Assembly (NCBI GenBank): GCA_012295275.1
Contig: CM022673.1
Location: forward strand, 11,160,001-11,224,000
Origin: Chrysomallon squamiferum
Lineage: Eukaryota > Animalia > Mollusca
Length of the DNA stretch: 64,000 bases
Direction: 5' to 3'
Shown here: piece by piece, positions 61,447-64,000 of the stretch
Position numbering within the stretch: the first letter of the stretch is position 1
Layout: every line of letters begins with the position of its first letter
Program-made: the position numbers and the translations under genes
The notes under the pieces: generated by a model
Told to the model about the DNA's origin: nothing
Databases searched by the model: none
The model's input: only the letters and a program-made list of their open reading frames with translations

Positions 61447-62999
61447 TCCAAGACACAATCAAAGCAATGTTTATTTATATTCGTGTGTACTACAACGACA
61501 TCCTTAATGTGACCTACATTAACGTGTTTTTTTTTCGACTATAGCTCGCTACATTTCTTTTCGAAGTCGGAGGGGGCGGTTATATGACGGTGTACTTTAT
61601 ATGTGAATTTTATTTTCTATTTCAAATAATGTGTAAGCCGCTTCTGTAAGTAGTATGTTTTATTGCATTTAGAAACTTGAATTGGTTGGAATAGTTGATT
61701 GTCGTTGCATTAAATCATTAATTATGTGGCGTATCACTGCGTCAGTGCGTGCATGTTGATACCAAAAGTACGACAATGCAACGATACACACTTATCAATG
61801 TTGTAATCAATTACACTGACTACTTAGTCTATTCTGCCAGTCTGATGAAAGTTTGCAGTGAATATCACCTTTTATTGATAATTAAATATATTTAAAAAAA
61901 AAAAAAAAAAAAAAACCTGGAACACAGGAAAACGAAATACAGCCGTTTTAAATTAACAATGCGCGTATCCCACGCAAGCGCACATAGCCCGGAGTCGACA
62001 TTTTATTTTATTTTTATTTGTATTTGTTTGCTGTAACGCCACCTCATTATATTGGCTAAAACGGGGGCGTTGGGTGGGGGCTAAATATTAGTGACACGAA
62101 CCAGTTTTTCTTACATTTTATTTACGGCAAGGACATAATTTTCCATAACATTTCCAAAGCCAAGGTAGCAGAACGTTAAGATCCTGGAAAACTGTGACGA
62201 ATTTCCAAAACTTTTTTATTATTATTTTTTTTACCCACAGTCTAATATCACATTTTCCCATATGTTTGTTTGATACTATATCTTCCGTATTTTAATTTTA
62301 CCTAACATTTTGCCCATGTTCTGATTTTACATCACATATTCTGTTATCTAATATTACATCAAATATCCCATATTCGGCCTATTATTTTCCCATCATATTT
62401 TCCTTTAGTTATATTTATCTTCCAGCAAAACTGAAAAGTGAACATTCTATTCTTTTTCTGTCGAATGAATATTTAATTCCATCTTGTTCAAAAATTCATA
62501 AAATTTGTATATGAACTTGCTGTATAAAAAGTTATCAAAGTATTTACAAAATTTTAAAAAGCCACTCAGATAAATAAATTAATCAATCGTATATTTAAAC
62601 AATAAGGTATACCTAAAGCTGATACCCAAAATAAATTATAATAAACCACAACAAATAAGAATGTAGAAAATAAAACAAATATTCCTTAAAAATAACAACA
62701 AATTTACAACTATAAAAAAAAAAAATTTAAAAATACACTGTACAAAGAGTAGATCATCACTAATCAGAAACATTTGTTAATGGATTTTGTTATTTGTTCT
62801 AGGGCCAGTTCTTTGCTAATAATAAAGCTATATTTTCTAATCAATGTTTGTTGAGTTTCCATTCCATGTTGGTCAGGAAAATAGGTTTCCTATAAATACT
62901 GTAGCCATTGAAATAATTTGACCTGGGACCAGGTTGTTGTTTTTTAAATAAAATTCAAAGCAAAATGTTTTGTTTTTATGTAATTTTTATTTTAATCAA

Positions 63000-64000
63000 A
63001 GCGTAACAAAAATGAAGGCAATGAGATGATTATAGTCTATAGATATTTCAACAACACAACTGCTTTTTGATGACCGATCCTGTATTACATTTAGGACTGA
63101 CGTTTATTCATTTTATCTCTTTTAAACAATTAATTTCAATATATTATCCTGAAAAATACATATTTGTCTTTAATTAAAAACCTTAGACAATTCACCTTTT
63201 GTATTATTTTGTGTGTATTAAGTAATATTTACAAAGGGGTATGGTAATATAAATATGTTTCATGATCAATTTATTTATTACTTAAAATATAAATAAAGAG
63301 AATGATCTATTCATATAAAAAAATATATATATAAAAAATTAGATAATATTAAGAAAAGTTAAATGATAATAAAGGATAATGGCAGCAAGCTTGAAAATCT
63401 CTAGACCTTTTACAAAAAGCAAATACTGAATTTAGTTTACAAATAAAACAACTACATGTACTCTGAAATGCAGAAAGCTGATTTGGTCCCAAAAAGACAG
63501 AATATCTTTAAATGTTATTATATTCATGATTAAAAAACACAAACAACAACGTAAGTCTGATATGATTTGCATCATCATAATGATGGGTTCTGGATTTGAA
63601 CCAAAATACTCTGGCATGGAAAGCCAATGCTCTTTACCAAATTGAGCTAACCCATCTGTACTCAATTTCTGATCAAATGCAAATCAATTCAGTTCCATTA
63701 TTGATAATTTACAAGTATCAGGATTTCCACCAGCACATCAATCAGTTTTTATCTGAAAGTATACCTCTTTATTTATTTATAAATTATCATATTCAAATCT
63801 GAACATCTGTACTATCTACTCTTGATAAAATGGTTAAAATCTAGACAAATAAATTGTAAAAAATTGGTTATAAATTTTTTCAAATGAATGTGATATTTGG
63901 AAAGCTGTTTCAAACAACAGAAATGCTCAGTGAAAATCATTTTGTTTTATTTTGATCAGTTCTGTTTCTAAAGTTTTATTTCAGGCCAGTGAAGTGTGTA
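63000..64000. repeat. Fourth copy of the same unit, running off the window end
   Basis: Colinear with about 47421-48343, ending in ttcaggccagtgaagtgtgta in both. Confidence 0.9.
63581..63656 (-). tRNA. tRNA-like cloverleaf copy D, anticodon TCC
   Basis: Same stems; anticodon loop TTTCCAT; variable region AGTAT. Confidence 0.6.

Overview
AT-rich, microsatellite-dense eukaryotic (animal) genomic DNA; a mollusc or other lophotrochozoan is my guess only. Almost all ORFs in the supplied track are simple-repeat artefacts. Reading splice sites by hand gives two convergent intron-containing genes. (1) A complete 13-coding-exon class B1 (secretin/PTH-receptor-like) GPCR on + (11119-46213, about 500 aa, first intron about 19.8 kb). 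(2) A 9-exon NIK/COT (MAP3K14/MAP3K8)-like Ser/Thr kinase on - (55961-51021, about 436 aa; last exon uncertain). Downstream of the kinase is a nest of local duplications carrying a 76-nt tRNA-like cloverleaf. There are four copies in the window, with anticodon TCT in two and TCC in two. The same block recurs at the right edge, which hints at a tandem kinase paralogue beyond the window. Mobile DNA includes a full-length but decayed Buster/hAT element with a perfect 8-bp TSD, a Tc1/mariner MITE, a Sola2-like MITE, a Mutator/foldback-like element and a further transposase remnant. No wholly new system is proven. The best leads are the anticodon-variable tRNA-like repeat at the kinase 3' end, a candidate ICL3 microexon, and motif substitutions in the GPCR.
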